Positions 36,946 to 52,370 of a stretch of 64,000 nucleotides of DNA are shown here, one piece after another. The DNA is from Owenia fusiformis. Taxonomy: Eukaryota. The notes below the pieces were generated by a model, which saw nothing but the letters and a program-made list of their open reading frames with translations, did not search any database and was not told where the DNA came from. Position 1 is the first letter of the stretch, and each line of letters begins with the position of its first letter. The stretch covers positions 24,428,001-24,492,000 of the forward strand of contig CAIIXF020000001.1 of the NCBI GenBank assembly GCA_903813345.2, in the 5' to 3' direction. The position numbers were made by a program, and so were the translations under genes.

Positions 36946-39776
36946 ATGTATTGGTCTCTGTTCAATAAACTCATTGATCAGCTTCAATACGAACAGTTCT
37001 CACTTAGTAAAAAGGTCGTCTTTTTCTGAAATTGGATGTTCATTTAAGATCAACATTAATCTCTTATTTGTGAAGGTTGAGTTCATTTTATTTATTTTTA
37101 CGAACAATGCGAAACATTTCACTGCATAAATAAGAGTTATAATAAACCCAGAATATCTTGAGTCAAATTTTACCATATTTCAAAAACTTGCAGTAACATT
37201 TAGTGATGTCTTCTTTATAATATGGGGTTTGCTTTCATGGTTTTATTGGACACTTGGCAAAGTAATAATGGTTTGTGATAGTCTGAATTATGAGATCATA
37301 GATTAATAATAAAATGAAATATCTCTGAAAGGATGTTATTTCAACCCACTTTTGGGTATTGCCTGGTTTCTATGAATCAGCAGTGTTATTGTTTCCATCA
37401 ACATGATCCGAGAAGCACGCACAGGAACATAATTAGTATGATTACATCCCTCTGTTTGAAAACTGAACCTGTTTCACTAGAAACTTCTTCATTGTGAATG
37501 TTGATTTGGGATCATTATATTGAATTGGAGATATGGAATCTGGGAAATGTGTCATATTGCATACAAATAGTTGGCATACAGACACTTTTAAATTGAGATC
37601 AAGATTTGTATTTATAATGCCAATAATAATGCGCTTAATAGCAAAAAACCAAGTTGCAATACTATAATTACGAGATATATTGCGTCTTATAAAACTGTTC
37701 GGTACATCCACTCATCATTCAAATACTGTTTAAAATCAAAGTTTATGACCGCTGTCTCGAACCCTGCTATTACAATAATTGATAGACCTTTGTTTAAAGC
37801 CTATATTACTCCCAATAGGTAAAATTTACATAAAGTGAATATATGCAATTCTGTCTCGACCAAATTGATTTTCAAGTCTGGCAATAGCATGTGAAGATTA
37901 TGTAAGTCTGTAATTTTATTATGATATAAAGGAAGAATACTTTAATTATGTTCGGTCATTGTACCAGAGAATGAGGTTTCTGAGTGCTTAATGAGAAAAT
38001 CTAGGTAAGTATTGGACTTGTGTACTTGTGCACACAAAGCTTTAAGACTAAATATTACATATTCAATTATACATAAGTGCGTGTGACATACAATTTTGCC
38101 TGCAGTGTGTTTTGGTTTATAAACCCTAATGGCTGCAGATTGGGGGGAGGTTAAATCCGTTATTTTTCTAGCTTCAGCCACAGGCAGACAGGTGAATTAC
38201 ACTTTTTGGCGTAAAAATCAAGGTGATTGGGAGTTGAGGGGTCAAGTTATGATTATGAGTCGAAAATTGATGCCAATAAAAAGAAATTCATAAAATATTG
38301 ATAGTGACCTTGTTTCTATAACTGTAGAAAATGCAAAGTGATCATGTTTGCTCTTTTTGATATATAGATAATCATAAGCACATTGAATTCACTTTCCAAC
38401 ATGCTTTATTTTATTACAATCGAGCCACTTCAAAGACCTGTTGGTTATAATACAATGTTTTCTTAAATGTCATACTCGCTCATACAAAACATACATTTCT
38501 GTTATTTTCTGTTAGCATGATTTATTTTGGTTTTGTCAGAGATAACAGCCTCGATTTATCATCTCCACGGGCATCAACTCACATTCTATTTTATTAGGTC
38601 CCTAGGATTGTTGATTAACTTCGGTATGGGTAAAGTAAGAAATGTGTTCTGGTTTTAGAGAAAACAGGATGTACATTGAATGGATAAATGTAAGCATGAC
38701 CTGAGTAAATGATGATTCTTTGACACTTTGGTTAATTTACAGATTCGCTTGGTATGAAAAGATAAGCCATACTATTTCTATGTGTGCAATTGTTTATATA
38801 AATAAATTACCAGGTACCGTGCAGCTATTTTATTTAGACCTCTAATGAACTTTGGTAGATATTATGGATGCAATCTGTGAAGTGTTCACCTTTTCAGAAT
38901 TGTACATACATTTATCCGTGGATGTTTATTTTGCATGTATTCATTTTCTAAGTTCCTTCATGTAGTTTGTTGCGCTATTTAAAGACCAGTAGATGGAAGG
39001 GTAACTTTGCATGCTAAATAAAATATACTAGTCTTTGAAAGATAACTAAACCTTGGTTAGTTTTAATTGGCATCCATAGCAGCGGAGTGAAAGGCATAGA
39101 AATATACGCTCCCGACTGTGCTACTGCATCAGTTGCCAGTAACCCTGCATGTGTATGTGGGATTATCAGGAATTATTGGACGCACTACCTATCGCCATAT
39201 AATAGCCTATTACTTACCAGTGTAGCAAGAGAGATGCCTGAAAAGCTCAACCGAGACAATGATTTGTAGTGAAGAAGATTGAAAACGTTTCTGTGGAAAG
39301 TGGAAAATGATGAGAATATTGAAGACATTATTGTGTTTTTTATGTAGAGTGTGTGTCTAGAAAGTAATTTCTTATTCAAGGAAGTAAAACAAACATTCGC
39401 GAGGCTTATTCTGCTTGAAAGGATACTTTGTTAATGAGTCTGGCCTGAAGTGAACAAAGTAGTCGAACAAGACATAACGAAAGCGAGACATCGGTTGGTA
39501 TTATCAAATAGGATGTTGTTAACTATTTGAAATAGTATCTGCATACATATAACAATTAAAGACATAACAAGAAATCAGGTAAATATGCACATATATGTTT
39601 TCTCATTGAAGAAATATTTTGATTAAAGTGCTAATGGCTATTGGTTACACTTCATTTATTCCTATTTGACTGTGGGTTGTATTGGCTTATTCAAAGTTAT
39701 TTGGGTCTATTGAGTATCAAGTATTGTTCATTGTACTTTGTCATTGAAAAGTTGGATACGTTGTTAATGGTATTTC

Positions 39777-40675
39777 AAAGGATTGGTATCGATATGGCGA
39801 ACTGAATTGAACACATACATGTATATACTTTTCTCTATATTGTTTTAGAAAACAAATCACTTCTTTTGTCCTTAGTATCATATGTTCTGTATGAAACGAA
39901 ACATCTTTCCGAACCTCATTGGAAACGACATGTACAATAATAATAGGATTTTATTAGTACTGATGCCCTTTTAGGGCCAAACGTACATCCGATGTACTCA
40001 ACGTGTTAAGGTCTCTCAACACAGTAATTGTACAAAGGAAAGTTTGGTTGATTTTAAAAAGTATCTTGTTAAAGAAATAAAAGGCTAACTTTAATTATTA
40101 TCTATTTGTGGGTTTTTTGTTTTAAATTTTTTAATACCTTTTGTTAAATCAACCAAGATTTTTTTATAATATTGAGAGAAAATGTTGTATATGCTATTTT
40201 GTTCCAACAAGGTTCGGAAAGATATGTTATTTCATTCTCAAGAATTGGTAGAAAGGAACAAAAAACAATTGCACTGAAAATCAAAAATGCTAACAAAAAC
40301 TAATAAAAAATATATTAAAATAATGTGTATTTTCAATTGTAAATTGTTTAAAGATGGCGTGGGTGGTATTTACCACGTGGTCATCTTTGTTTTCTGATTA
40401 CTGCAGACTTCTTGTTATCTGTCTGCAACAGATGTGGGCACTTTAGTCTCAGCTTTTTTTTTATATTTTGCGCAATAAAATATATATTACACAACATATG
40501 TCAGGTGTTTTGTGGTGTTTTAGGTTCAACCACATAATGAATTTAATTTCACATTAAATTGTTGTCAATCAATGACCATTATATAAATGACCGTGTTTTT
40601 ACAGAATGTTTTCATTAACTGGTTTGAGATAAAAAGAATGTTAAATTCAGTTCACCATATCGATACCAATCCTTT
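39777..40675. mobile_element. Family A TIR element (duplicate of 18840-19738)
   Basis: Copy within the tandem duplication. Confidence 0.75.
40326..40534 (+). mobile_element. Solo LTR (duplicate of 19391-19597)
   Basis: TAATG-TGT...ACA-TAATG. Confidence 0.72.
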
Positions 40676-42922
40676 ATTTGTTTTCGTATCTTATTTCTTT
40701 AAAAAGCCAGAGTTTTTAACTGACTCTTTAAAGTGGATACTAGACTACTAGTACAAAGGTATTTTCCGATATAGACGGTGAATGGGACACACCCAATACA
40801 GACTACTTTTGCTTCATTGCTTCATTTGTATAATTTATATGATAGAAAGGTTTATTTAAAGTAGTTATTCACCTGGAGGGATTTGATATTGGGAATATCA
40901 CAAGGACGATATCAATATATCCCGAGGGAACGCGCCAGTGGCAATATCGATATCATCCGAGGGATATTACCCATGCAGATGAATAACGACCTAATATCAT
41001 GGTCAAGGGCAATATTTACCTCAAAAATGATCTGATGGATGGGATAACTATAAATCAATTTTTGAATTATTCACGTTACATGTATTTCATTTATATAACT
41101 GGTAAACATAAAACTGATGACTAGAAATGACATTTAACACTAGAAGTCCTTCTGTTAGTCATTGTCCATTTCCCTCAGAGAGTTCTATACGCAATGAATG
41201 CATTTCCCGGGTATTTATACTCGGAATTAGCGGGATGATATGGAAATCAAACCCAATGTCATCCTAATTCAAATATCATCCCGATCCCAAATACGTGATT
41301 TATCACTTGCTGTTATATTCCTGATATTGCTTTGACTGATATAAAGAATGAGACATACTCATTATCAGTTATTTTACCAATTCAATCAATGAACAGATGA
41401 GGCAAACATGACAAAAAATAGAAAACAACAATTTAAAAATGTATTCATAGAACTAACGTTTGTATTTAAAATATATCTATGAATTGATTAATAATACTTT
41501 ATCAACCTATAAGGCCATGATTATTGATCAGTATTGCAATCAACTATATACTTATACATCTCTACTCAGATTCTGGTTGGTGAATTTGGTTTGGGATAAT
41601 GCCTTATTATATTGGCAAGGGGCCGCTGGTTAATAACGCTCAATTTACGACGAACACAAATTGTCTTCAAATTCCCAGATTTGTGTTAATTTTGCTTTAA
41701 TACTCTTGAATGGATCTGCACAGATCTTGGTATATTGTGCTTGAAATGTGTTTGAGACCCACCTTTGGCAACTCTGTGTTATCTCACAAAGGTATATACC
41801 TCATCTCTCTCACAATCTCTCATAACCTATATGGTATCTGATAAGCAAAATTTAGCAGATGTTCACAGTAAAATTAAACTTTTCTCATAAAAGCTACACA
41901 ATAACACAAGGCAGGTAAAACGACATTGTTATTACACGTAGTATCGTCTTGAGGTCTCAATGTCCGTTATGTCGACAATGATCAATCAGTAATATGTTAA
42001 AGATGCATTATACCCCATAGGTTTCTCCCCCAGACAATCAATGATGTCCTATTGTTATTGCTCATATAATATCTCACATTCCATGGATATATCTTGAGAA
42101 TAACATTTGGGTATATTATTGCCGAAATATCGGAAATAATCAGCAGAACAACTAAACTCCAGAATTAAACACAATCGATTCTTCGGCTAGCGAGGGGAAT
42201 CCTCATTGAGTCACACAAGCGCCTTGAACCAGGCAGCCAATCAGGTTTATGATAAACAAATTCAACGACCAATCAGATATTAGGAGGATTTTCCCGGTAT
42301 ATTCAAACTTCAGATTGAATTAATTTCTTCGAAAATAATTAGATCGGCCAGCACAATCGCAAAATTAACACTGAAAGAGGGGGATTTGGGACTTCTTCTT
42401 TGGTAAGTAGATGGGTATATATGTGGTGAAACTCAATATGCAAAAAGTCCAGAGGGGTCTTGATTGTGCTAGCCTATTGCATAGAGACTCTTTAATGAAA
42501 TTAGTACACAATTACCTAAATGCTCGAGAGCTAAAGTGTATCACATTACAGTCCATCTGATATCCAACCCGAAATAGCTTAATCATGCAAATCTTTGTAT
42601 TTTAGTAATTTATTGTTTTGTTCACAGTTTTTATATTATTATTAATTGTTATTGCAATAACTTTCCTGTCTATGTCAATACATAGTAGCTTTGTTTTGCA
42701 ACCTTTTGATATAATTATCAGATCCATTAGTTTCGATCAACATAACGTTTCTAGTCTAACAAACTATTTTCTAAATGGCACTCGCATGATTCAGCAGAGA
42801 TTATTGATAATTATTCAAATAGGTAAATTCGTTTTATAATGAAAAATAAAAATTGAAGGTAATAGTGTCCTTGGTTTTAATTTAGTCAATGCAGAACTAT
42901 TCTAGCAGTAGTGGCATTTCAC

Positions 42923-43644
42923 AAAGGAGTGGTATCGATATGGAGAACTGAATTCAACAATGTTTTTCTCTTAAACCAATCATTGAAAACATTCTGTAAA
43001 AAACACGGTATTTTATGTAAGGTTGACTGATTGACAACAATTTAATGCGAAGATTATTATATAACTGTTTTTGTTAACATTTTTTGTTTTTTAGTGCAAT
43101 TGTTTTTGCTCCTTTCTACCCAATTCTTGAGAATGAAATAAAATGTCTTTCCGAACCTTGTTGGAACAAGCATATACAACATGTTTTAGACCTCTCAATA
43201 TTATAGTTATACAAAGGATTTTTTTTAAAAGTATTCAAAAAATTGAAACAAAATCCCCCCAAAATAGATAAAAATTAAGATAAACCTTTTATTTCATTAA
43301 CAAGATGCTTTTTTAAAATCAACCAAAATTGTCTTTGTACAATTACAATATTGAGAGACCTAAACATGTTGAGTTTATGTCGTTTTGTTCCAATGAGGTT
43401 CGGAAAGATGTTTCATTTCACTCTGGAAACATGATATCAAGAACAAAACAAATGTTTGAAGTGTTTTCTAAAACAATAGAGCCTAGGTGAAAGTGTGTAT
43501 ATATTTTTCAAATTATATTGTTACCATTTAAAAGATGACCATTAAATTCTGAAATTGACGATGTGTTAAATTTTTAGATTTTTTTATGACTAGTTTAAGA
43601 GAAACGTGTGTTCAAAAGGTTCTCAATATCGATACCACTCTTTT
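42923..43644. mobile_element. Family A TIR element (duplicate of 21986-22707)
   Basis: Copy within the tandem duplication. Confidence 0.75.
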
Positions 43645-45835
43645 CCCCATTTTACACATAATGTGCAGGGAATTAATTTACCACTTTTAACAAATTGTCT
43701 AAAACACTCGAAAATGATTGTATTCGTGTAATATATTCAAACTTTTAGTAGATTTTAAGATAAACTGCTGAGATGTCTTAAATGGCCTAGGTTTTATAGA
43801 TTTTGAATAAGTTATAAACAAGTATTTATAAACACGCTATAAGTGAGATACGAAATCACTCAAATGTTATAAATAAAGTCTTTGCAAGTATTTTTGTTTA
43901 CCATGATGTCAAAATAAATAAAAAATCAGAAACGTACATATCTAGAATTGATTTGATATAGATGATGAGCAAAGAATGAAATTTAAGCATATGCAAAATA
44001 ACCGAATAACTGACTGACGTCAGATATAGATATATGTATTCTATATCATTCTGTTATAAAAGTTCACATAGCATGTATTTAATTAGTACATAATTCTCCA
44101 CCCTTCTATGATAGACATTACAGAATAACCTTTGAATAGGTTGAACCTTATGGGTTAAACTCTCAAATACTCTCAAAAACTCAAATATAAAAAATGCTCT
44201 CAAATACTGCCACTCGTATCCATATGTTACACGTCAATTAACTCATGGTTGAATTCTGTTAATTTAAGCCATGTCTAAATTCCGATACAGTTGACAAATG
44301 AGGGTTAAAAGAATGATACTAATTAATGTCCGGTGTTTCAATATACCAAAAGACAAGAGATCCGGAATGTGTCAAAATAATAAAATATTACGGAAGTCTG
44401 CCTGGCAAAAACTCTGATTACTTAGGCCTTTCATGAACTTTGGCAAATTCTACATTTCAAATCTCAAAGACTTTTTGTGTCGAAGTCCGAACATTTTAAT
44501 TTTTAAAAAAGGTTGAAATATCACACCGGACTAGCCTGTCAACGATAAAGTCAGATACTGTTGTCCCAAATGCGGACATAACCGTGCTTTATTGTCCCTA
44601 ATTCTCTGCAAGTATTAAGCTCTTGTAATGATATATGATATGGAATCCCAATTTCGATCAAATGGGATCGTGAATCGCCACGATATAATGTCTTCGATAT
44701 CGCCAATGACAACGGAATCTGAATTTGAAATAATTTACAAAGACAACGGCATATGGTGGATGTATTTCATTGGAACATTGGAACTAGACGTATGAGTTTT
44801 GTTAACTTTTATTTGTAAAAAATAATGATTCCCCTATCCCACAGTATTATACCCCCTCTCTTTTCAAGGAATGGAAGTTTTGGAATTGTTATAGAGAGTC
44901 ACAGAGTAGTACATCATATTTCCTCCAAGCCTTCTTAAGTTCTAAATGCAAATGTGGCCATGTCTTGTGTATGATAGATCTGGTAGTGAAAGTAGCATCC
45001 GTACTACTCTTCCCTGTACGTTTTCGCATTTAAGAACTCTAATTTCTGTCTTACTCATTAATTATTAGAATGTAAATTGAATTGAGTTCAACTCCAGATT
45101 GAAGCTGAGTAAGTAGCTGAGTAGATTGCTAAGTAAGTACATAAGTAGGTAGCTGAGTACATAGCTGACTTTACCTCCGACTTAATATTGGAATATCATC
45201 ATATTGATTTTCGAAATTTCAAAACAATATGAATCTAAACCGGAATTTTGAGAAACCCCGTAAATTTGAGCTTTTAATTGGTTTTCAGTGTCCAAAGATT
45301 TGACCTAGTTCTTGTTGGCAGCATAATCCATCTGCACGCAAAAGTCCTCTTCGGAAATCCTTCGGACGCGCCTAAGCTAAACCTTTCTTCCATGTTATAT
45401 TTCGTGAAGTGGAGAAGCAGCTGAGTAATTTGCTTGTCCCCTTTTGTACAATCAGCAGAGTCATACTATAAAGATCCAAATGTAGTTATAGTCATATAGT
45501 CATAGTCATATTACCCTTGCCAAATATTACCGTTGTCATCCCGATTTTACAGCACATTTGACCAACATTTACCGTCGTTATTTATACAGTGTCATATTGT
45601 CCCGTATCTTATTTTGATCGGTCATATTCACTGGTATTACATACCTAGCGAAGCATTTGTATGGAAGTCAATGGGAAAGTTAGCGAGCTATATCCACCGA
45701 TATTGCCCGATTACCCCGATATAGCCCGCTTATTACCTCGTTTTGATATTAGATTTCTTTAATAACCATGATAATATCATGACGTCACGTCATTGATACA
45801 AAGTAACCATGGGAACAAAGGCATGTAATACATCA

Positions 45836-45947
45836 GTTATGTCACTATGACGTGAAATATGCCTTCGTTCTTGCCCAAATATAGAGCCTCCCAAGGTCGG
45901 CCTATATTGGGAGAACTCAGGCATATTTCACGTCATAGTGACATAAC
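45836..45947. repeat. 112-bp hairpin (duplicate of 24899-25010)
   Basis: Same 29-bp perfect stem. Confidence 0.75.
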
Positions 45948-46369
45948 CTCTAAGTACTCACCTATTTACGCTGACGACACGTCAGCGTAACAAGATAGAA
46001 GAATTTCCGGGTTTCGTTTTTGGTAAGATCTTTGTATTTCTCGATTCTACACCACTTACAAGTTGTTGACAATAATTTGGCTCAAAGTTAAAGAAGATAG
46101 TCTAGTTTGAGAATATGCATGCGGTTCTATGTTTGGTATATTAACGAAGACGCAGTTCACATATATAGTCCATCGCTCTTGTTACGTTGACGATCTTCGT
46201 CAATATTGCCAATGTGACAATGTTAACAGATTCTCAAATAGAGCACGATTTTTTTCTAGGTAATTCCAACAATGTCCATGTGAACATTTTCCAACCGGTT
46301 AATTTTCTAGGTGAAATTGCCTAGAAAAAATTCGAGCACTGCTCGAGAATCTATTAACGTGATTAGATA

Positions 46370-47233
46370 CACTCCCCTCCATAAGTTTGGCAACCTTTTT
46401 TCCCCCATTGAACTACGTGTTAAAGCCTCTTTACCTTTGAATTTTTATTTACTTAACTTGCGATGAAAATACTTATACTATTGATGGAAACGTAATTTGA
46501 CTTTAATTCCAATACCTCCAAATTTTCTCAATTTTTTTCCTCAACTACAATAGGTCGAAAATTGATGATGAATTTTTGAAAATCAACATTCCCATGTTAA
46601 CCAATGGGAAATGGTAGGTTTGCCGCAAGTCATGACAGAATATCCATCCATCCGAGTCCTTGCAAAAAATACGAGTTAGGCAGGCAATTGAATTTGCTAA
46701 CTCTATTTAACAAAAAATTGATGTGTTTCTTCAGGTTCAACAAAGTTATAGGGCTTTAAAGTCAAAATTGTTTTTCAAAAAACCTCTCCCATTGAAATAA
46801 CACAAGAGGCGAAAAATTATTTTCAAACATGAGTTTGAAGCTCTGTAACGTTAATATTCATCAAATAAACTAAACACTTAGTGTTAAAAAAGTTAGACAA
46901 TTCAATTTTCTATATCAAAATATTTTTTGCTGAATCTTTTACTGAAAAGATATCCTGATTTCTGATTTGCCCCGAACCCTCCATTTCACATTGGATTACA
47001 TGGGAATGACGATTTTCAAAAATTCATCAAATTTATCACCAATTGTCGACCTATTGTAATTGAGGAAAAAAATTGAGAAAATTTGGAGGTATTGGAAATA
47101 AAGTCAAGTTACGTTTTCATCAATATTATAAGTTATTTCATCGCCGATTAAGTGAATAAAAATTCAAACGTAAAGAGGCTTTAACACGTAGTTCAATCGG
47201 GAAAAAAGGTTGCCAAACTTATGGAGGGGAGTG
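46370..47233. mobile_element. Tc1/mariner-type long-TIR MITE (duplicate of 25433-26296)
   Basis: Same TIRs and TA TSD. Confidence 0.9.
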
Positions 47234-47797
47234 TAGTTTAAAGTCTTGCCAAGAGCATGCACATGAAATTAAACATGAAATACTGCTTTGTATTCATCGG
47301 ACAAATCTTTTAAAACCTACATCACAAGTTTTGCTTCAAACATGACAACGTACAGCTAAAGTGTACCACCGTATATTTTGTCAATGTACGTCGTCCATGG
47401 TTAGGCGTTTAAAAATACTTGAATACAAAACAAAATACAAGTGACCAAAAATAGAAGTTTTTGACATTTGAGTTTTACTGCAACATCAATTTTCCCTTCT
47501 CATTAATTAGACCAGCTCATCGAAGCTGACACTCTCTTCAGATGGCCTTTTGAAACCTTTGGAGGTATTATGTCATTTTGTTTGACCAAGGTCTCGTTTA
47601 TTCAGTTAATAAACAGGACATACATTTTGTTAAAAGCTATAACATAATACATCATTCTGAGATTATATTTTTTATATTGCATGACATGTTAATCCCTTGG
47701 TATCGGATCGTTGACGTTGTTGTTAGATTACCCTACTGAATTATAGATTTTGGTTTTCATTGGATTCATGTAGCGTGATATGACATTAAATCTCCTA

Positions 47798-48954
47798 CAG
47801 GGTGGGCCAAAAAACGCCACTTTTTTTCAAAATGCTATAGCTTTTTTAATATTTGATACAAAATCATAATTTGCAGATCAAATGAAACTTGAGGTTGTTA
47901 TCTATCCATTGATCATGAATTGAACACTTTTACTTGAATAGAATATGTCACCAGCGTCTCACTTAAACATGTGGTGTGCCATGAGAAAGAAGCATAATTT
48001 GAAAAATGTTTCTGAACTGATACGGCCTGATGATCGCCAAGCTAATAGTCCTGATGCAAACCCCAGTGAGGGTATGGGAAGGTCTCCAGGAGATTGTATG
48101 AAGGCACCCAATCTAGAAAATTGCTCAACTAAAGCTGACAATTAAGACAGGTTGAAAAAAACTTAGCTAACATTTCATTGATACTGCTATATCAGCAAGG
48201 CGAATAAAACTAAAATATATTTTTATTTTATTTATTTTAATTTTATTATAGTGTCATGAGTTAAAATACAATTCCATATATAAAACAATAGTACACTGTT
48301 AAAATCACCCCAGGCCCCCTATGGGCCTATAAGACATTAGACATTAGACATTAAACACTGAAATTTACTCTCTTCATCTAAATTCATGAAACCAGTTACA
48401 ATAGTAGAAACGTTTGCATACAATTCTAAACGGATGTCTTCATAACGAGAACAGTTCAAAATTACATGTTTTTCATTTTCAACTGCATTATAACATAAAG
48501 GGCACACCCTTTCATCAACTGGCAGCCTTTCATAACGACCAGTTTCTATTCTGATTGGTGCTACACCACATCTTATAGAAGCAAATGACTTTCTTTGAGA
48601 AATAGAAAGCGTTGATGTAACATATCTTTCTGTTTTTATGTCATGTTTATAGGTTCTAAAAGTTCTGAGTTTGTTTCATTGACCTTGTTGCCGCTTTGTA
48701 TCGTCCCAGAGTCTTGTTTGCCAGTTGTTCTGCACTTGACGTTCCAGCGGTGACACAATCGCCGACACCGGGTCGGTATCATCAAATAGGGTGGCGAACC
48801 ATTTGAACTCCTCTTTTAAATCAAATAGAAACCAAGTTGAAGGACTAGTTACATTATGTTATTACTAAGAACCCCTGGCACTATATAACTGCAAAATTTG
48901 GGGTATGTAGGTTGGAAAATAAAAAATTTGTAGTGTCTTTTTTGGCCCAACTTG
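47798..48954 (+). mobile_element. Deleted Tc1/mariner element with nested RTE-X-like fragment at ~48215-48747 (duplicate of 26861-28017)
   Basis: Copy within the tandem duplication. Confidence 0.75.
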
Positions 48955-50716
48955 TATATGGACTTATCTTAGTTATGGACCCCGCCATGCCACCTTCCAA
49001 TTGCTTCAGTCTAAGAGTGTGCTATCCGTAACTCTCTAGGACACTATAACGTCATATTTAAATTACAAAATAGTGATCTATCACTATAAAATTATATTAC
49101 AATATTACACAAAACTTGGAAATGTTCTTGGAATACTATTTTGAGCGGTTTAAGCTGCCACCTTTTCCCTGAGGCTACGAACGCAAATTAGACGAGCCTT
49201 ATAAAATTAATGTACATTCGGATCAAAATTGAGACAAAAAGTTCAATAGGCCTATCTCTGGGTTCAGTTGTCATGGATTGATGTATTATGGCTTGTTAGA
49301 AAGGTCTTCTTACATATTTTATGGATATATCAGAATATCAAATATATTCAAGTTCACTAGATTCTGATACAGCATTTTGATTGTGTGGGGCTGTATCCAT
49401 GGTGACATTTTACTCACTCAGAAATGCGTTAAACCCCAAACTTAGTTACTCTTAAGCACTCATAATGTTTCAGAGGGTTCAAAGGAATATTTTGACAAAG
49501 GTTTCATTGATGTACTCGAGATGTCATGTAAAACTAATTTTAGGGGCATTTCAAAAAGCGCCCCTTGGTGGTAGCCCCAAATTTGTCACTTAAGAGTATA
49601 CACATATAATGCCCAGAATAACTGGGAAACATGTGATCATAACGGTGAACGGTGAAATATTTGGGATTATTTTCTGCGGATGGATGAGCTTGATAGTGGT
49701 GAATTGGTCAATGTACATAAATATGATGACGTTTTAGTAATCCAACTATGCAAGAGAGCAGAACTTTTGATTTTCGTGGGTTTTTGTTGAATTTTTTTGA
49801 CACGAATGTGAGATGTTTTGCTGATGTTTTGCTCTGAAATTCTTTGAAAATCGATAAGCTGCAATTTGAGAAATTCTAATTTGAACTTTGTCAATTTTAA
49901 CATGCATCTCAATGGTACAAAAAGTAAGGAGAGTTCTACCTAACTTTGGTCACCGAAATTTGATATCAGATCTTTACCTCTTTTTTATAAAACCCTGATA
50001 ACCCGGATTTAAAAAAATCAGCCTAAAATTTGACAAAATTTAGGTTTGAAAGTATGACTCGGGATCCCAATTCATGGATTATTAAAGGGTCGGATTGATC
50101 ATTGCCTTATAATGGAAGAAAACACGTTCTGTATATTCTAAACTACCCTCGTGTCACTAACATCACTTAGGATAAGATAGGTCGTTTTCAAAGTAGACTT
50201 AGACGACAATGTGGGAAATATGTTGATGGTTTGATTCTCAATTTCACAGAATCCTAATCTCCTTCATTTGTATATACTTTTTGTATATACTGTATTGACC
50301 TTAAAGATACAATGCCACCCTGGTCAGCAAAGCATCACAGTCCCAGATATAACTGTCCATAAGCATTTATTTTTTGCGTTTGATTCACGAAGTATGAATT
50401 AGCAAGAAAATAGCATTCGTTAGCGCTATGAAAAATAGAACATATACTTACATAACTGCATTTAGATTCAGGTGTTATCACGATTGGGGTTTTAGAAAGG
50501 CGCTTTTACAAACCACACCTGTCAAGTAAAAAATTGGGGGTTGTTTGAAAAAATCGGGGTTCATCTTCTAAAAAATCGGAAACATCGTGGTTTCCAAACT
50601 ACAATTTGAGAAAACCGACTAAGCACATATTATATGTCAATGCCATCATACAGAGGGGACGAACAAAATGGACACCGTGAATTTCATAATTGTGAGTACG
50701 TCCCAGAAGACATATA

Positions 50717-51742
50717 CACGCCCGGTGATCGTACAAAATGGATGGAGGGGGGGGATTAGGCGATTTCTGCAAGAAAACTCAACAAACTTGGAAGATTTAT
50801 TTTTTCAAGAGAAAATTTACAACTGAATTGCCAAATGAATAGGCGCAGTGCATGGCAAAATATGTTAGGTCATCTAGTATTTTTTTGCACTGATACGCTT
50901 CAAAGATATGAGATCTATTAAAAAAGGCGCATCATCACCAACGTGCAAAAGTCAATGTTTTTGCTATAAATCGGGCCACAATGGTCTACACAACCTGTAA
51001 TAAATAGGTTAAAGGGGCATTATTATCACAATACTAATGATATTGCTCACTTTTTAAAGTTAGTTTCCATGCGTTATACAAAAAATAATCGAAATAAATT
51101 AATTTTGGATGGAGGGGGGGGGGAGTGGATGGAGGGGGGGATTAATATGTCTTTACGATGGAACAAATTCACAAGAACTCGGGTATTTGAAAAAACTAAA
51201 CTCAGTACCCCAGTAAGAAACTGGATATTATATCTCTGGAGAAAGAAAAATGGGAAAATTTGGAGTCATAAGAATAAATTCAAGTAGCATGTCTTATCAT
51301 GTCTTACATACACGTGATCCCCCCTCCATCCAATCCCCCCCTCCATCCAATATTAATTTATTTCGATTATTTTTTGTATAACGCATGGAAACTAACTTTA
51401 AAAAGTGAGCAATGTCATAAGTATTGTGATAATAACGTCCCTTATACCTATTTATTACAGGTCGTGTAGACCATTGATGCCCGATTTATAGCAAAAACAT
51501 TGACTTTTGCACGTTGATGATGATGCGCCTTTTTTAATAGATCTCATATCTTAGAAGGGTATCAGTTCAAAAAAAATACTAGATGACCTAACATATGTTG
51601 CCATGCACTGCGCCTATTCATTTGGCAATTCAGTTGTAAATTTTCTCTTGAAAAAATAAATCTTCCAAATGTGTTGGAGTTTTCTTGCAGAAATCGCCTA
51701 ATCCCCCCCCCCTCCATCCATTTTGTACGATCACCGGGCGTG
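50717..51742. mobile_element. Foldback MITE (duplicate of 29780-30804)
   Basis: Same TIRs and TA TSD. One G-run is 1 nt longer. Confidence 0.9.
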
Positions 51743-52370
51743 TATACCCTCCACATATTGTAGAACAGAAACAGAAGCTCTAATATTTTTATATTTTCTG
51801 ATTTAATCTACAGCTGTTTGCATGATACCTGGATAGCATACGGTTATACATGCAGGCTAAAACTTCCCTTATAACCTACTGTAGCAACAAACATTACAAA
51901 AGCCGTTTTGAATGGGAATGTCAGTTCTGCATGCTATAGATGGATCCTGAAAATAAAATGCAAATAAAATAGAGAATTCAAAGGAAGACAATTTTGAATA
52001 AATAGCAGCATAGACAAAAGCACTCTACCTGAAATCGTTCATCCTCATTACATTTCTACAATCAATAAAAACACCAAGTGGAATCTGCTGTATTATTCGT
52101 TAATGTTTGCTGAATTATATTTTTGGGGCATCTTCAATTGTTACTTCACATTTGCATTTCCGTATCTCTCCTTCATCATATTTGGCCTGATATTCACGTA
52201 TATTGACAGCTCTCTGGCTTAACGTTAACAAATCCAAAGTTTTTTCATTCTCTAAAATTGACTGCATCAGGTTCACATAAGGGGTGTAAACTTGAATCTA
52301 TCGCAACTAGTGGGATTTATTATTGAGGATGATACTTGACAGCCCTGAATCAAGACGATAAGTCAATTAA

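Larger units (their letters stand above)
17488..38426 (+). repeat. Tandem segmental duplication, copy 1 (20,939 bp)
   Basis: Near-identical to 38427-59362. Every listed ORF in this copy recurs at an offset of 20,936-20,938. Confidence 0.97.

Noticed and set aside
35977-37129. 183-aa ORF and neighbouring ORFs (also at 56913-58065) as host genes
   Set aside because: They lie within a palindromic foldback element and mirror each other because of the inverted arms. No domain is recognisable.
51069-51287. ORF unique to copy 2
   Set aside because: It is created only by a 1-nt longer G homopolymer inside a MITE, which may be a sequencing error.
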